64,000 nucleotides of DNA from an uncultured Chloroflexia bacterium (GCA_963727055.1 CAVSEN010000003.1:85810-149809), one strand, 5' to 3'. Shown: positions 24,781 through 35,131, numbered from the stretch's first letter. Made by a program: numbers and translations. Notes: generated from the sequence alone by a model not told the origin.

Positions 24781-24846
24781 CGATGCTAGCGTGCGACCTA
24801 TGGCCCGTCAATATCGTGACCTTCGGCACGGGCGGAGCGGGCCTCG

Positions 24847-27445
24847 ATGAGCGTCACCCGGCTGGCCACGACCATCGACCTCGAGCCGGCCAGGAACATC
24901 GCCGAGGACGAGCTCGGCGCGCGGTTCCATTCCGCGTATCGACCTGCGCTCGGGCGTCTTCCGGCCGGCCGGCAGGTCTTCCATGGCGTCCCGTTCGATC
25001 TCGGTCCGGGCGCTGGTCAGCGACGCTGGATCCTCGTCGAACGGCCGATCACGCTCGACCTCGGCGGCCGGCCGGCCCGCCACCTCGTCGTCGCCCACCT
25101 GTGCGACACCTGGCGTGACGATCACGGCAACCGGCCGGCCGGCCTGGCCGTCGGCCACGTCGTCCCGGTCGGCGAACGCCTGGCCCGGTACACGATCGTC
25201 GACCGCTCCGGAGCGCGCACCGAGCGGCTGATCCGGCGCCGGTTCGAGGTCAACGACGGGATCCTCGGCTGGGGCTCGGGAGCGTTCCGGGCGGTGGCCC
25301 ACCTCGACAACGAGCCGCTCGACTGGCGCGGTCCGCACCCGGCCCAGGGCGCCGGTCGATACGCGCCGGCCGGCCAGTCGGGCACGCTCACGATCATGCC
25401 CGGCTCGTTCGGCACGGGCCAGGTCGGGATGACCGATTTCGTGCCCAGCCCGACCGACGACCTCCTGCTCTGGCTCCACGCGATCGAGCTCCCGCCCGGC
25501 TCCGAGCCCGTCGAGCTCGTGCTGGAACCGCTGAGCGCCGGCCGCGCCGGCAGCGACCTGATCGTGGCCGGCGTGACCCTGTTCAACGGCTCGGCCGATC
25601 CGCTGGCCCGCGGGCCGCGCTTCCAGGTCCGGGTCGACGGCCCGCCCGGCGCCAGGCTCGAGGTCGACCTGGGCACGGTGATCCGGAGCCGTCCCTCGCC
25701 GGCCCGCGCCGAGGTCGGCTCAGCACGTGGGGCCGAGCCGGCTCGGGTCTCCGGCTGGGGCACTCCACGGGCCGACCCGGATGCCCCGGCCGCTGGGTCG
25801 TCGCTGGTCGACCTGTCGATCGCGCCCGATGCCGTCCTCGCCCTCGACCGATCGCCGATCGCCGGTCGCGACCTGCTCGCCGGCGTGCCCCGCCTCGATC
25901 CCACGGGGCGCTGGTCGATCGAGGTCCTGCCCCCGGCCGACGTGCCGGTCACGATCGAGATCGTCGAGCCGGCGACCGGTGAGCGGGTGCCCGGCCGGGT
26001 CCGGTTCACGGCGGCCGACGGCCGCTACCTGCCGCCGGCCGGCCATCGTGACGAGGTCAATCCGGCGTTCTTCGAGGACACCGGCGGCGACCTCGTCCTG
26101 GGCTCGGCGACCTATGCCTACGTTCCCGGTCGGTTCGAGATCGACCTGCCGGTCGGGGCGGTCGAGGTCGAGGTCGTGGGCGGGTTCGACCGCCGGCCGC
26201 ATCGTGCCCGGCTGGCGATCGAGCCCGGGACGCGCCGAGCTCGTGCTGCCCCTCGAGCGGACGATCGAGCTGCACAGCGGGCGCTGGGTGACCGCCGACA
26301 GCCACGTCCACTTCCTGTCGCCGTCCACGGCGCTCCTCCAGGCTGCGGCCGAGGATGTCGACCTGGTCAACCTGCTGGCCGCCCAGTGGGGCGACCTGTT
26401 CACCAACGTGACCGACCTGCCCTGGGGCGCGATCGCCGACCCGGCCGGCCGCCGGATCGTGGTGCCCGGCACCGAGAACCGCCAGAACATGCTGGGCCAC
26501 CTCGCCCTCCTCGGCGCCCATCGGCCGACGACGCCGCTGGCCAGCGGCGGACCGCCCGAGGGCCGCCTGGGCGGTCCGCTGAGCGTCCTCCTCGCCGACT
26601 GGGCCGACCGCTGCCGGGCCGCCGGAGGTCTCGTCGTGGCCGCCCACTTCCCGCTGCCCTACGCCGAGATCGCGGCCGACATCCTGACCGGCCGGATCGA
26701 CGCAATCGAGACCCAGGCCCTGGCACCCGGCCTCGACGACCCGGCCGTCGTCGAGTGGTACCGCTACCTCAACCTCGGCGAGCGGTTGCCGGTCGTGGCC
26801 GGCACCGACAAGATGTCGGCCGAGGTGCCGATCGGCGCGGTCCGCACCTATACCCATTTGCGCTCCGACGAGCCGCTGACGTTCGCGGGCTGGGCAGCGG
26901 CCGTCCGGGCCGGCCGGACGTTCGTGTCGTCGGGCCCGATCCTCGAGCTGGCCGTTGACGGCCACGAGCCGGGCGCCGTCGTTGCGTTGCCCGGCCCGGG
27001 CCGGCTCGAGGTGACCGTCCGGGCCCGGGCCGCCCAGCCGCTGATCACCGACCTGGAGCTGGTCGTCAACGGGCGGATCGTGGCGGCCAGCCAGGCGGCG
27101 GCCGGCGTTGCCGAGCTCGGCCTGGACGAGTCGGTCGAGCTCCCGGCCGGGGCCTGGATCGCGGCCCGTTCCCGGAGCGGTGACCAGGTCCATTCGGCGT
27201 TCGCAACCTCGATGGCCGCCCATACCTCGCCGGTCTACGTCGAGGTCCGCGACCGGCCACTCAGGCCACCGGCCGACGACGCGGCCGTCGTCGAACAGGT
27301 GATCCTCGGCGCCCGGACCTGGGTCGCCGAGCTGGCCGCCGTGGCCGATCCGGCCAACCGGGCCCGGATGATCGCCTTCTTCGACGCCGCCCTCAAGGCG
27401 CTCGAGGACCGGCTGGCCGGGACCCGCCCCGCCCGCGCGCCCTAG
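24847..27445 (+). CDS. Uncharacterised ~865-aa protein, paralog A. It has an N-terminal beta-rich region of unknown function plus a C-terminal PHP/amidohydrolase-like metal-dependent hydrolase domain. There is one apparent frameshift near 26237.
   Basis: C-terminal domain motifs: WVTADSHVHFLSP, GTENRQNMLGHLALLG, AAHFPLPYAEIAAD, GTDKMS. Frame 1 (24847..~26235) and frame 2 (~26237..27445) are both protein-like and collinear with the paralog at 37101. Confidence 0.7.
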
Positions 27446-28575
27446 GGGGCCTTGACCGCCCGCAGGGTGCGGGTGCTCTCGCGCACGATCAGCTCGGGCG
27501 GCAGGAGTGCCGCCTCGGGCCGCGCGCCGTCCTGGATCGCCCGGATCAGGGATGCCGCGGCGAGCCGGCCCATCTCGCCCGACGGGGTGGCGACCGTGGT
27601 CAACCGGGGATTGGCGATCGCCGCAAAGGGGATCCCGTCGAAGCCCACGATCGCGACGTCCTCGGGCACCCGGACCCGGACCTTGCGCAGGGCGTCCATC
27701 AGGGCCAGGGCCAGCTTGTCGTCGTAGCACACGAGGGCCTCGGGCAGGTCGGCGGCAATCGTCGCAGCGAGCTCGCCGGGCGTGCGCCAGGTGTCCCCGT
27801 CGGCCGCGAAGACGCGCAGTGGCGCCCGGACGCCGCGAGCTCGGAGGGTCGAGCCGACCGCCTCGGCGCGGACCTTGTTCGTCGCCCCTCCGCCGCCCTC
27901 GACCCAGGCGATCCGCCGGTAGCCGTTGTCGACGAGGTAGTTCACGGCGGCCCGCAGGCCGCTCGCATCGTCGGTCAGGATGACGCCCGGGGGCAGCGTC
28001 CCTTCGCGGCGGGGGAGGCTGCCGTGGTCGGGCTGGACGATGATCAGGCGGTCCGGGTCGACCCGTTCGCGCGCCTCGCGCGGCGATATGGCGCTCGACA
28101 CGATCGCCACGCCATCGGTGCCGTGCTCGGCGAAGATCTTGAGGGCCAGCCGCTCGCGGACCGGCTCGTTCTCGCCGGCGACCATCATCACGCAGTAGCC
28201 GCTCCGGCGGGCCTCCTCCTCGAAGCCCGAGGCGACCTGGCCGTGGACCGGGTCGCGCAGGTCGGGAATGAGCAGGCCGAGGGTCAGGGTGTGGCGCATC
28301 CGCAGGCTGCGGGCGGCGGCATTGGGAACGTAATCGAGCTCGGCCGCCGCGGCCTTGACCGACAGCCGGGTGGCGAGGCTGATCCGCGGATCATCGGCGA
28401 GGCCCCGCGATGCGGTGGACCCGGAGACGTTCGCCGCCCGAGCCACGTCCTTGAGCAGGACGCGACGGCGCGGCGACGGCGAGGCCCCGTTGGTCACCGT
28501 GGGCCCGCTCGCACCGGATCGACCTCCGCTAAGGCAATCGATCAGGGGCAACCGATTGCGCATCGACCGTAGCAT
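27442..28575 (-). CDS. LacI-family transcriptional regulator
   Basis: HTH RRRVLLKDVARAANVSGSTASRGL plus a periplasmic-binding-like sugar-binding domain. The start is uncertain (ATG at 28575, or GTG near 28497). Its stop overlaps the paralog A stop (CTAG). An operator-like site sits in its own 5' region. Confidence 0.85.
   Translation of the reverse strand: MLRSMRNRLPLIDCLSGGRSGASGPTVTNGASPSPRRRVLLKDVARAANVSGSTASRGLADDPRISLATRLSVKAAAAELDYVPNAAARSLRMRHTLTLGLLIPDLRDPVHGQVASGFEEEARRSGYCVMMVAGENEPVRERLALKIFAEHGTDGVAIVSSAISPREARERVDPDRLIIVQPDHGSLPRREGTLPPGVILTDDASGLRAAVNYLVDNGYRRIAWVEGGGGATNKVRAEAVGSTLRARGVRAPLRVFAADGDTWRTPGELAATIAADLPEALVCYDDKLALALMDALRKVRVRVPEDVAIVGFDGIPFAAIANPRLTTVATPSGEMGRLAAASLIRAIQDGARPEAALLPPELIVRESTRTLRAVKAP
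28546..28562. promoter_or_regulatory. LacI-type operator candidate GGCAACCGATTGCGCA, nested within a GCAATCG-N12-CGATTGC inverted repeat
   Basis: The core GCAACCGATTGC is identical to the site at 37033-37044. It lies at the 5' end of, or just upstream of, the LacI gene, suggesting autoregulation. Confidence 0.5.
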
Positions 28576-28676
28576 CGGCTCTCCGGGCCGTCAATCCGGG
28601 CGTGGCCCGGGGCCTCGCTGATAGCCCGGGCTGTGCCCCGGGCTGGTTGCCCGGCTGGGGTTGCGGCTCGCGGCAC

Positions 28677-28754
28677 CGGCTCGTTTGTTTGGCTGGTGGC
28701 CTTGGCTCGTTTGTTCGGATCGTGGCCTTGGCTCGTTTGTTTGGATCGCGGACG
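28677..28754. repeat. Three tandem ~26-bp direct repeats (GGCTCGTTTGTT(T/C)GG(C/A)T(G/C)GTGGCCTT)
   Basis: Read directly from the sequence. They are locally AT-richer than the surrounding DNA and lie in the 590-bp non-coding region upstream of the LacI gene. Confidence 0.6.
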
Positions 28755-28927
28755 ACCAGCGGCCCGACGTGCGGCGCGCCCGCGCCGCGCGTTGCCAGAT
28801 CTCGATTGCAGTCGCGCTTATGGTCGCTCGCGCCGGCCGGATCGGCCGATCCGGGAGATGGAGCCGGGAGTCGAGCACGACGCGAGCCGCCGAACCGTCC
28901 AATCTGGCCTGGCGGGTCCCGGCTCCG

Positions 28928-29020
28928 GCCATACGCGCGACTCGAGTCGCGATTTGACAACACCGCTGCTGGAGCATCGCCTGACTTGCCAGATCGTTCG
29001 CTGAACGACGCGTATGGCCG
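28928..29020. other. Long-range 12-nt perfect inverted repeat (CGGCCATACGCG ... CGCGTATGGCCG) enclosing the 16-bp palindrome CGCGACTCGAGTCGCG; a possible terminator or structured element
   Basis: Read directly from the sequence. It lies downstream of the iol operon's last gene (which ends at 29159) and has no U-tract. Confidence 0.35.
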
Positions 29021-29158
29021 AGGCATGGGACCCAGGCAACGTGATCATGCGTGGGCCGAGCACGAATCGGCCCGCTGCTGACCCCGATTCGACCGCCCTG
29101 GGCCACGAAACAGCGGCCCAGCCACGGACCCGCCGCCGACCCGGAGCCGCCACGGCCT

Positions 29159-29998
29159 CTAACCCAGCAGGTCGACCAGCACCTCACGCAAGCCAGAGGC
29201 GACCGCGAACGGATCGGGCAGCTCCCAGTGGACCGGGCTGTACAGCTCGTTGTCCCACCAGCCGTCGAAGCCGGTCGAGCGGACCGCGGCGACCCATTCC
29301 CGCAGCGGGATCGAGCCGTCGCCGGGCCATACGCAGCGGCTCAGCTGGTCGGGTCCGCCCGCGCCGGGCGTGCCCAGCGAATCGCCGAGGTCGACGCCGA
29401 AGATCAGGCGCGCGTCGAGCCGGGCGACCGCGTCGGGCGTCACGCCGGTCTGCCACAGGTGCCAGAAGTCGAGCACCAGGCCCACGTTATCCGCCCCGCA
29501 CGCCTCGACCGCCTCGACGGCCTCGGCCAGGTCGCCCAGCGGGGTCCACGCGATCGGCTCGAGGTAATAGCGGATCCCGTCGGACGCACCGAGGTGGGCC
29601 ACCGAGCGCAGGCCATCGGCCGTGGCCCGGATCCGGTCGGCCCTCGAGAGCGAGCCGGGGCCCGGATACGCGCCGGTGGGGTCGACCGGCCCGCTGAGCA
29701 GCTGCACGTACGAGGCGCCGACGTCGACCGCCAGCTCGGTCAGCGCCTCGGCCTCCGCGAGCATCGCCGCCCGGTCGGCCGGTCGCCAGCGTTCGACGTC
29801 GGCCAGGGCCCCCAGGTTCACCGGCTCGAGGCCGGCCAGCGCCTCGCGCAGCCCCGCGACCCCGTGGCCCCGGGCGAGGTAGCGGCGGAGGTGCTCCTCG
29901 CGCAGGAAGATTCCGTCCCAGCCGGTCTCGCGGGCCAGCCGGACCTGGTGCAGGGCCGGCAGGTGCATCGTCGAATTCGAGTTGTAGACCAGCCGCAT
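29159..29998 (-). CDS. Sugar phosphate isomerase/epimerase TIM-barrel protein (IolE-like inosose dehydratase candidate)
   Basis: Xylose-isomerase-like TIM family (LVLDFWHLW, GSIPLREW). It is the last gene of the iol-type operon. Confidence 0.7.
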   Translation of the reverse strand: MRLVYNSNSTMHLPALHQVRLARETGWDGIFLREEHLRRYLARGHGVAGLREALAGLEPVNLGALADVERWRPADRAAMLAEAEALTELAVDVGASYVQLLSGPVDPTGAYPGPGSLSRADRIRATADGLRSVAHLGASDGIRYYLEPIAWTPLGDLAEAVEAVEACGADNVGLVLDFWHLWQTGVTPDAVARLDARLIFGVDLGDSLGTPGAGGPDQLSRCVWPGDGSIPLREWVAAVRSTGFDGWWDNELYSPVHWELPDPFAVASGLREVLVDLLG

Positions 29999-30020
29999 CG
30001 GTGCCTCCGTCCTGTCCGGG

Positions 30021-30884
30021 CTAGGCGGAGAATGCGCCGAGGAGCGCGATGCCGACGACGACGAGGGCGATCCCGACCACCTGCCGGGGCGCGAGGCGTT
30101 CCCGGAACAGGACGAACGCGGCGATCGCCGCCATCGGCGCGAACATCGAGGCCAGGACGGACGTGACCGCGATGTCCTGGCGGCTGCCGATCGAGAACGA
30201 GGCGAGCCCGACCACCTCGACGACGCCGGTCAGGACGATGAACGGCACGGCCCGCCGCGGGACGCGTGCCCGGCCGGTGGCCAGGATCGGCAGGCCGACG
30301 ACCAGGACGCCGGCCAGCCGCCCGGGCAGGACGACCCATGCCGGCGGCAGGCTGGCGCTGACCTGGCCGGTCACGAACAGCCCGCTGCCGAGGGCCAGGG
30401 CGGCACACAGGGCCAGGCCGGCTGCCCGGAGCGACTGGCCGCGGCTGATCGGAACGCCCTCCTCGAGCTCATGGCCGCCGCTGGTCGCCGCCAGCACCAC
30501 GCCCACGGCGACGATCGCCAGCACCGGCCCGGATCCGGGCGCGAGCGCCTGGCCGGCCAGCACCGAGATGATTGCGGCGATCGCCCCCTCGGTCGAGCCG
30601 ATCGTCGACACGATCCCGACCGCGCCGATCCGGTAGGCGGCGTAGGCCAGGAGCAGGCCGACCACGTTCAGCCCGCCGGCCAGCACCGAGCCGGCGATGG
30701 TCGAGGCCGGCACCGGCGGCAGTGGCGTGACGAGCAGGGCGACCGGCAGGAGCAGGAGCGACCCGATCAGCATCACGCCGGCGACCGCCGGAACCGCGCC
30801 CGCGATCCGGCTGGAGCGCGCCGAGGAGAGGGTCGAGATGGCGTAGGCGACCGCGGTCACGGCGCCCGCCAGGATCGGCGGCAT
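30021..30884 (-). CDS. DMT-superfamily (EamA-like) transporter
   Basis: Ten predicted TM helices with an Ala/Gly/Leu/Val-rich EamA-like duplication. Confidence 0.75.
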   Translation of the reverse strand: MPPILAGAVTAVAYAISTLSSARSSRIAGAVPAVAGVMLIGSLLLLPVALLVTPLPPVPASTIAGSVLAGGLNVVGLLLAYAAYRIGAVGIVSTIGSTEGAIAAIISVLAGQALAPGSGPVLAIVAVGVVLAATSGGHELEEGVPISRGQSLRAAGLALCAALALGSGLFVTGQVSASLPPAWVVLPGRLAGVLVVGLPILATGRARVPRRAVPFIVLTGVVEVVGLASFSIGSRQDIAVTSVLASMFAPMAAIAAFVLFRERLAPRQVVGIALVVVGIALLGAFSA

Positions 30885-30908
30885 CGAGGACGGTCGTCCG
30901 GCGCTGGT

Positions 30909-31907
30909 TCAATCGACCGGCGCGAGCCGGAGGGGTTGCGCGAACCGGTGCGCCGTGTCGCGGCAGCGCTCGAATGCGGGCAGGGCGACGGCCCGGGCGA
31001 GCCGCTCGGCCTCGGCCGGATCCGGGCTGAGGGCGGGGCCCCAGATACCGCGCCCGGCCAGAAAGCCCGACGCTCCGGCCCGCCCCGCCAGCCGGACCTG
31101 GTCGACGAACTCGTCGATCCCCACGCCCGCCCCGAGGAGCACCCATGGCGTTCCGGCACAGGCGCCGGCCAGCGCCCGGCAGGCCTCGCTCGCCCGGTCC
31201 TCGCCGGCGCTCGCCAGGCCAGGCAGCGGGAACGGCACCTTGAGCAGGTCGGCGCCCAGCGGCTGGAGGCGGGCGACGGCACCAATGACGAGCGCCTCGT
31301 AGGCCAGCGCGTAGTCCGCCGCCGACTCGCTCGACCACTGGTAGGCAACCGGCTCGATCACCAGCGGCAGGCCGTAGCCATGGCAGACCTGGGCGACGCC
31401 GGCAACGAGCGCATCCTGCCGGGCGGCCGATGGCTCGTGGTCGACCCGGTAGGGGAGCAGCAGCTTGCAGGCATCGGCGTGGTGGCTCGGCGCGATGGCT
31501 TCCCAGTCCGCGAGAAGGGTGGTCAGCCGGCCGTCGCCGACGACCTCGTAGCCCTGCGCCTCGATGGGCATGATCAGGCCGATCGAGGGCGGCACGGCCC
31601 CGCTGTCGAAGGCCGCCTGGCCGAGCTCGGCGTCGAGCATCAGGGTCGATGCAGCCGGCGCCAGGACCCTGACCAGGGCGGCCTTCAGGTCCCCCAGCTC
31701 GGCCGTCGTCAGGCCGGCCAGGCCCTGCCGCTCGAGGTAGACCCGCAGGCTGTCGCGGTGGTCGATCGCCAGGCCGGCGATGATCCCATCAGGACCGGCC
31801 AGGCGCAGGAGGCGCTGGCGTCGATCGCGGTCGAGGCCCGCCTGCCGCCCGTGTGCGCGCTCAAGGTCCCGTTCCAGGTGGTCGGCCGGCTCCGTTCCGT
31901 GACGGGT
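30909..31907 (-). CDS. Class I aldolase of the LacD/tagatose-bisphosphate or DUF2090 family (IolJ-type 2-deoxy-5-keto-gluconate-6-P aldolase candidate)
   Basis: LLRLAGPDGIIAGLAIDHRDSL is LacD-like. The GTG start overlaps the iolB stop (GTGA). Confidence 0.65.
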   Translation of the reverse strand, partial: TRHGTEPADHLERDLERAHGRQAGLDRDRRQRLLRLAGPDGIIAGLAIDHRDSLRVYLERQGLAGLTTAELGDLKAALVRVLAPAASTLMLDAELGQAAFDSGAVPPSIGLIMPIEAQGYEVVGDGRLTTLLADWEAIAPSHHADACKLLLPYRVDHEPSAARQDALVAGVAQVCHGYGLPLVIEPVAYQWSSESAADYALAYEALVIGAVARLQPLGADLLKVPFPLPGLASAGEDRASEACRALAGACAGTPWVLLGAGVGIDEFVDQVRLAGRAGASGFLAGRGIWGPALSPDPAEAERLARAVALPAFERCRDTAHRFAQPLRLAPVD

Positions 31908-32833
31908 CACAGGCTGACGAGCGGCAGTCGCGGATCGGGCTTCATCGCCGGCCATTCGGCCCGGATCCAGGCGAAATCGGGATCGTCGCTGTTGGCCATC
32001 GTCCGACGGTCGCCGGCCAGCGCGTTCAGGAAGTAGGCGTCGTAGCCGGGCATGGCGATGAACGGGTGGTAGCCCTGGTCGACGATCAGCAGGTCGCCGT
32101 GCCGGACCGGTATCAGCAGGTCGCGCGACCCGTCACGGTGATAGATCCGCTGGATCGCCGACGCCTCCGGCCGGGCGAACTGGTAGAAGTACGTCTCCTC
32201 GAGGACCGCCTCGCGCGGCGGGTCATCCACGTCGTGCTTGTGGGGCGGCCAGCCAGACCAGCCGCCGGCCGGCGTGAGCACCTCGCAGATCAGCAACCGG
32301 TCGGCCGGGAAGTCGGGCAGCATGATGTTGTTGACCTGCCGGGTGCAGTTGCCGGCGCCCCGGATCTCGATCGCGACGTCGGACGGCCGGACCACGATCG
32401 GCTGGGTGGCGATCCCCGGCCGGCCCGTCAGGGGCGCCTGGGCCAGGGCGACCACGGCGCGCCGCCCGGGCAGCGGCCGGCCGACGATCCGGGCCGTCGT
32501 GCCGGCCGGGATGTACGCGCTCCAGGGCAGGCCCTCGAAGACCGAGGCGCGGCCCGGCAGGGCCAGGCTCGGCCGGTCGTCGAAGGCGACCTCGATGCCG
32601 CCACCGGAGATCGTGACCAGGGCCGCCTCCTGGTCGGGTGCATCGAGCAGGGCAACCTCGCCCTCGGCCAGCGAGAACGAGCGGAACGACAGGTAGCGCC
32701 AGCCCGCCCGGGCCGGGTTGGTGGCCACGATCCCGTCGGCCCCGGGTCGGACATGGAGCAGCTCCGGGGGCAGGCGAGACGGCAGCTTGGCAGCATGGAT
32801 CTCGACGCCCGACTCGTCGCGGGTGGTCGTCAC
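31907..32833 (-). CDS. iolB: 5-deoxy-glucuronate isomerase
   Basis: IolB/KduI cupin family (GGWSGWPPHKHD). The GTG start at 32833 has an AGGAGG RBS 6 nt upstream and overlaps the iolC stop. Confidence 0.8.
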   Translation of the reverse strand: MTTTRDESGVEIHAAKLPSRLPPELLHVRPGADGIVATNPARAGWRYLSFRSFSLAEGEVALLDAPDQEAALVTISGGGIEVAFDDRPSLALPGRASVFEGLPWSAYIPAGTTARIVGRPLPGRRAVVALAQAPLTGRPGIATQPIVVRPSDVAIEIRGAGNCTRQVNNIMLPDFPADRLLICEVLTPAGGWSGWPPHKHDVDDPPREAVLEETYFYQFARPEASAIQRIYHRDGSRDLLIPVRHGDLLIVDQGYHPFIAMPGYDAYFLNALAGDRRTMANSDDPDFAWIRAEWPAMKPDPRLPLVSL

Positions 32834-33804
32834 GGCAGGGCCTCCTGGGCTTGGCTCACGAGCGATCCGCCCGGTCCACGGGCAAGCAGCTCGTCGATCT
32901 CGGCGGGCGCGGGCATCGCCGCGCTGCACATCAGGCGGGAAGCAACGATGGCCCCGGCGGCGTTGCCCCGGGCGATCGCGGCCAGCGGATCGAGGCCGCG
33001 CAGCAAGCCCGCGGCGACGGCCGCCGTGAGCGCGTCGCCGGCGCCCAGCCCGCAGGTCACCTCGACCGGGATCCCCGGCAGCGAGGCGCGCCGGCCGCCG
33101 GCCAGCAACGAGACACCGTCCTGGCCGTGCTTGAGGATCACGAGCCGGGACCCTTCCGCCATGGCCGCCGGGGTGAGGCCGGCGGCGGCGAACTCGGCGT
33201 CGCTGCCGATCAGGAGGTCGCTCAGCTCGGCGGCCCGCTCGATCAAGGCCGGGTACTCGCCGGGGTCCGCCCACAGGGTCGGCCGCCAGTCCAGGTCGAG
33301 GATCGTCCACGACGCGGCCCGCCGATCGCCGGCCGCCAGCCGGTCGGCGAGGATCGCGAGGGTCGTCGAACGGGCCGGCTCGGTCGCCAGGAGGGCGCCC
33401 GAGACGATCACCAGGCGGGCCTTCGACAGCTCGTCGAGGGGCGCCTCGCCCGGCGCCAGGAGCGTGTCGGGGGCCGGTGCCAGGCGATAGAACGTGACCG
33501 GGAAGTGGTCCGGTGGCCAGGCCTCGAAGAAGGCGACCTGCGTCCGCAGCGCGGGCCGGGTCGTCAGGCTGGCGACCGAGATCCCTTCCGCGACGAGGGC
33601 CGTCCGGACGTGCTCACCGTGGCCATCGTCGCCCACGCTCGACACGACGGCCGTGACGATGCCCAGGCGGGCCAGGCCGGTCCCGATGTTGCCCGCGAAG
33701 CCACCCACGGCGCGCCGGAACGAGGCTGCCTCGGCCAGCGACGTCCGGGGCTCGGACGGCGTGAAGTCGACCCCGATCCGCCCGACGACGAAGGCCTCGA
33801 TCAT
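32830..33804 (-). CDS. iolC: 5-dehydro-2-deoxygluconokinase (PfkB family)
   Basis: MIEAFVVGRIGVDF start. It has the PfkB GG motif (GGFAGN) and a C-terminal DTxGAGD-like motif (GLGAGDALTAA). Confidence 0.8.
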   Translation of the reverse strand: MIEAFVVGRIGVDFTPSEPRTSLAEAASFRRAVGGFAGNIGTGLARLGIVTAVVSSVGDDGHGEHVRTALVAEGISVASLTTRPALRTQVAFFEAWPPDHFPVTFYRLAPAPDTLLAPGEAPLDELSKARLVIVSGALLATEPARSTTLAILADRLAAGDRRAASWTILDLDWRPTLWADPGEYPALIERAAELSDLLIGSDAEFAAAGLTPAAMAEGSRLVILKHGQDGVSLLAGGRRASLPGIPVEVTCGLGAGDALTAAVAAGLLRGLDPLAAIARGNAAGAIVASRLMCSAAMPAPAEIDELLARGPGGSLVSQAQEALP

Positions 33805-33818
33805 CGCCGGTCGGGGCC

Positions 33819-35059
33819 TCAGTCGAGGTGCTTCTGGACGGCGTCCCGGAAGGTCAGCGCGCAGGCCCGGGCCTCGTCCGCGCCGTCCCGCATCCGGAGG
33901 CCGAACGGGGCCAGGTTCGCGTCGCGGACGCCGATTCCGATGCTGATCGAGCGATCGAGCAGGGCATCGGTCTGGGGCAGCAGCCCGGTCCGGTAGTCGC
34001 CGTGGGCGTGGCCGGGGACGTCGCAGTCGAACGGGCAGCCCTTGCCGGTGACCGTGCGTCGCTCGAGCAGGTGGTTCATCCGGCTGTAGACATGCCAGCC
34101 CGATTCGGACAGGGTGATCGAACCGACCTCCCGGGCGACCTTGTGGGCGATGTCGGCCGTCGGCAGGACCACGACCAGGTGGGTGGCCAGGTCGCCCTCC
34201 GGATCGGGCAGGTTGCGGAAGCCGATCGCCGGCTCCTCCTCGAGGAACTCCTGGACGATCGCCTTGTTGGCCCGCAGGTGCGAGGTGATCAGGTCGAGCT
34301 TGCGGAACTGGGCCAGGAGGACGGCCCCGGACAGCTCGGTCATCCGGAAGTTCATGCCCAGGAATGGGCGCGGCGCGTACTTCGATTCGAGCCGGTCCGG
34401 GGCATGGCCCTGGTCGTGCATCGCGAAGCAGCGCTCGTAGAGGGCCTCGTCGTCGGTCACGATCATCCCGCCGTCGCCGCAGGTGATCGTCTTGTACTCG
34501 TTGAAGCTGTACACCCCGGCGCTGCCGATCCCGCCGACGCCCTGGCCGTGGTAGGACGCGCCGAACGCCTGGGCGCAATCCTCGACGAGCGGGAGTCCAT
34601 GCTTGTCGGCGATCGCCTTGAGTTCGTCCAGCCGGGCCGGCCCGCCGAGCATGTGGACGACCAGGATCGCCGCCGTGCGCGGGGTGATCCGGGCCTCGAC
34701 GTCGGCCGGGTCGAGGTCGAACGAATCGTCGACCTCGGCCAGGACCGGCGTGGCACCGGCGTAGACGATCGCCGAAATCGAGGCGACGAACGTGAAGCCG
34801 GGCACGATCACCTCGTCGCCCGCCCCGATGCCCAGGCCGAGCAGGGCGATCCACAGGCCGGCCGACCCGCCGCCATGCAGCCCGAGGCCGAAGCGGACGC
34901 CGGCCAGCCGGGCGATCTCGCCCTCGAGATCCGGTGGACCTTGGCCCCGAAGGCGGGGTTGTCCGAGGGGCCGTACCGGCTGAGGAAGCCGCTCGACATC
35001 ACCTCGAGCACCTCGGCCGTCTCCTCGGCCCCGATGAGTTCGACTCCGGGTCCTGGCAT
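33819..35059 (-). CDS. DegT/DnrJ/EryC1/StsC-family PLP-dependent aminotransferase, with one apparent frameshift near 34932
   Basis: The N-terminus MPGPGVELIGAEETAEVLEVMSSGFLSRYGPSDNPAFGAKV (ORF 34808..35059) joins DLEGEIARLAGVRFGLGLHGGGSAGLWIAL...SFNEYKTITCGDGGMIVT (the long ORF) after a -1 shift at 'caccggatctcgag' (GGG->GG). Confidence 0.75.
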
Positions 35060-35131
35060 GTGGCGTTCTCCTGCTAAGCGACGGTTGCCGGCCAGGCCGG
35101 CGGCTGGGTGGGGCGGCCCCGGATGGGGCCA

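Noticed and set aside
28677-28754. CRISPR array
   Set aside because: There are only three ~26-bp direct repeats with no unique spacers between them, and no cas genes. It is a tandem repeat, not CRISPR.
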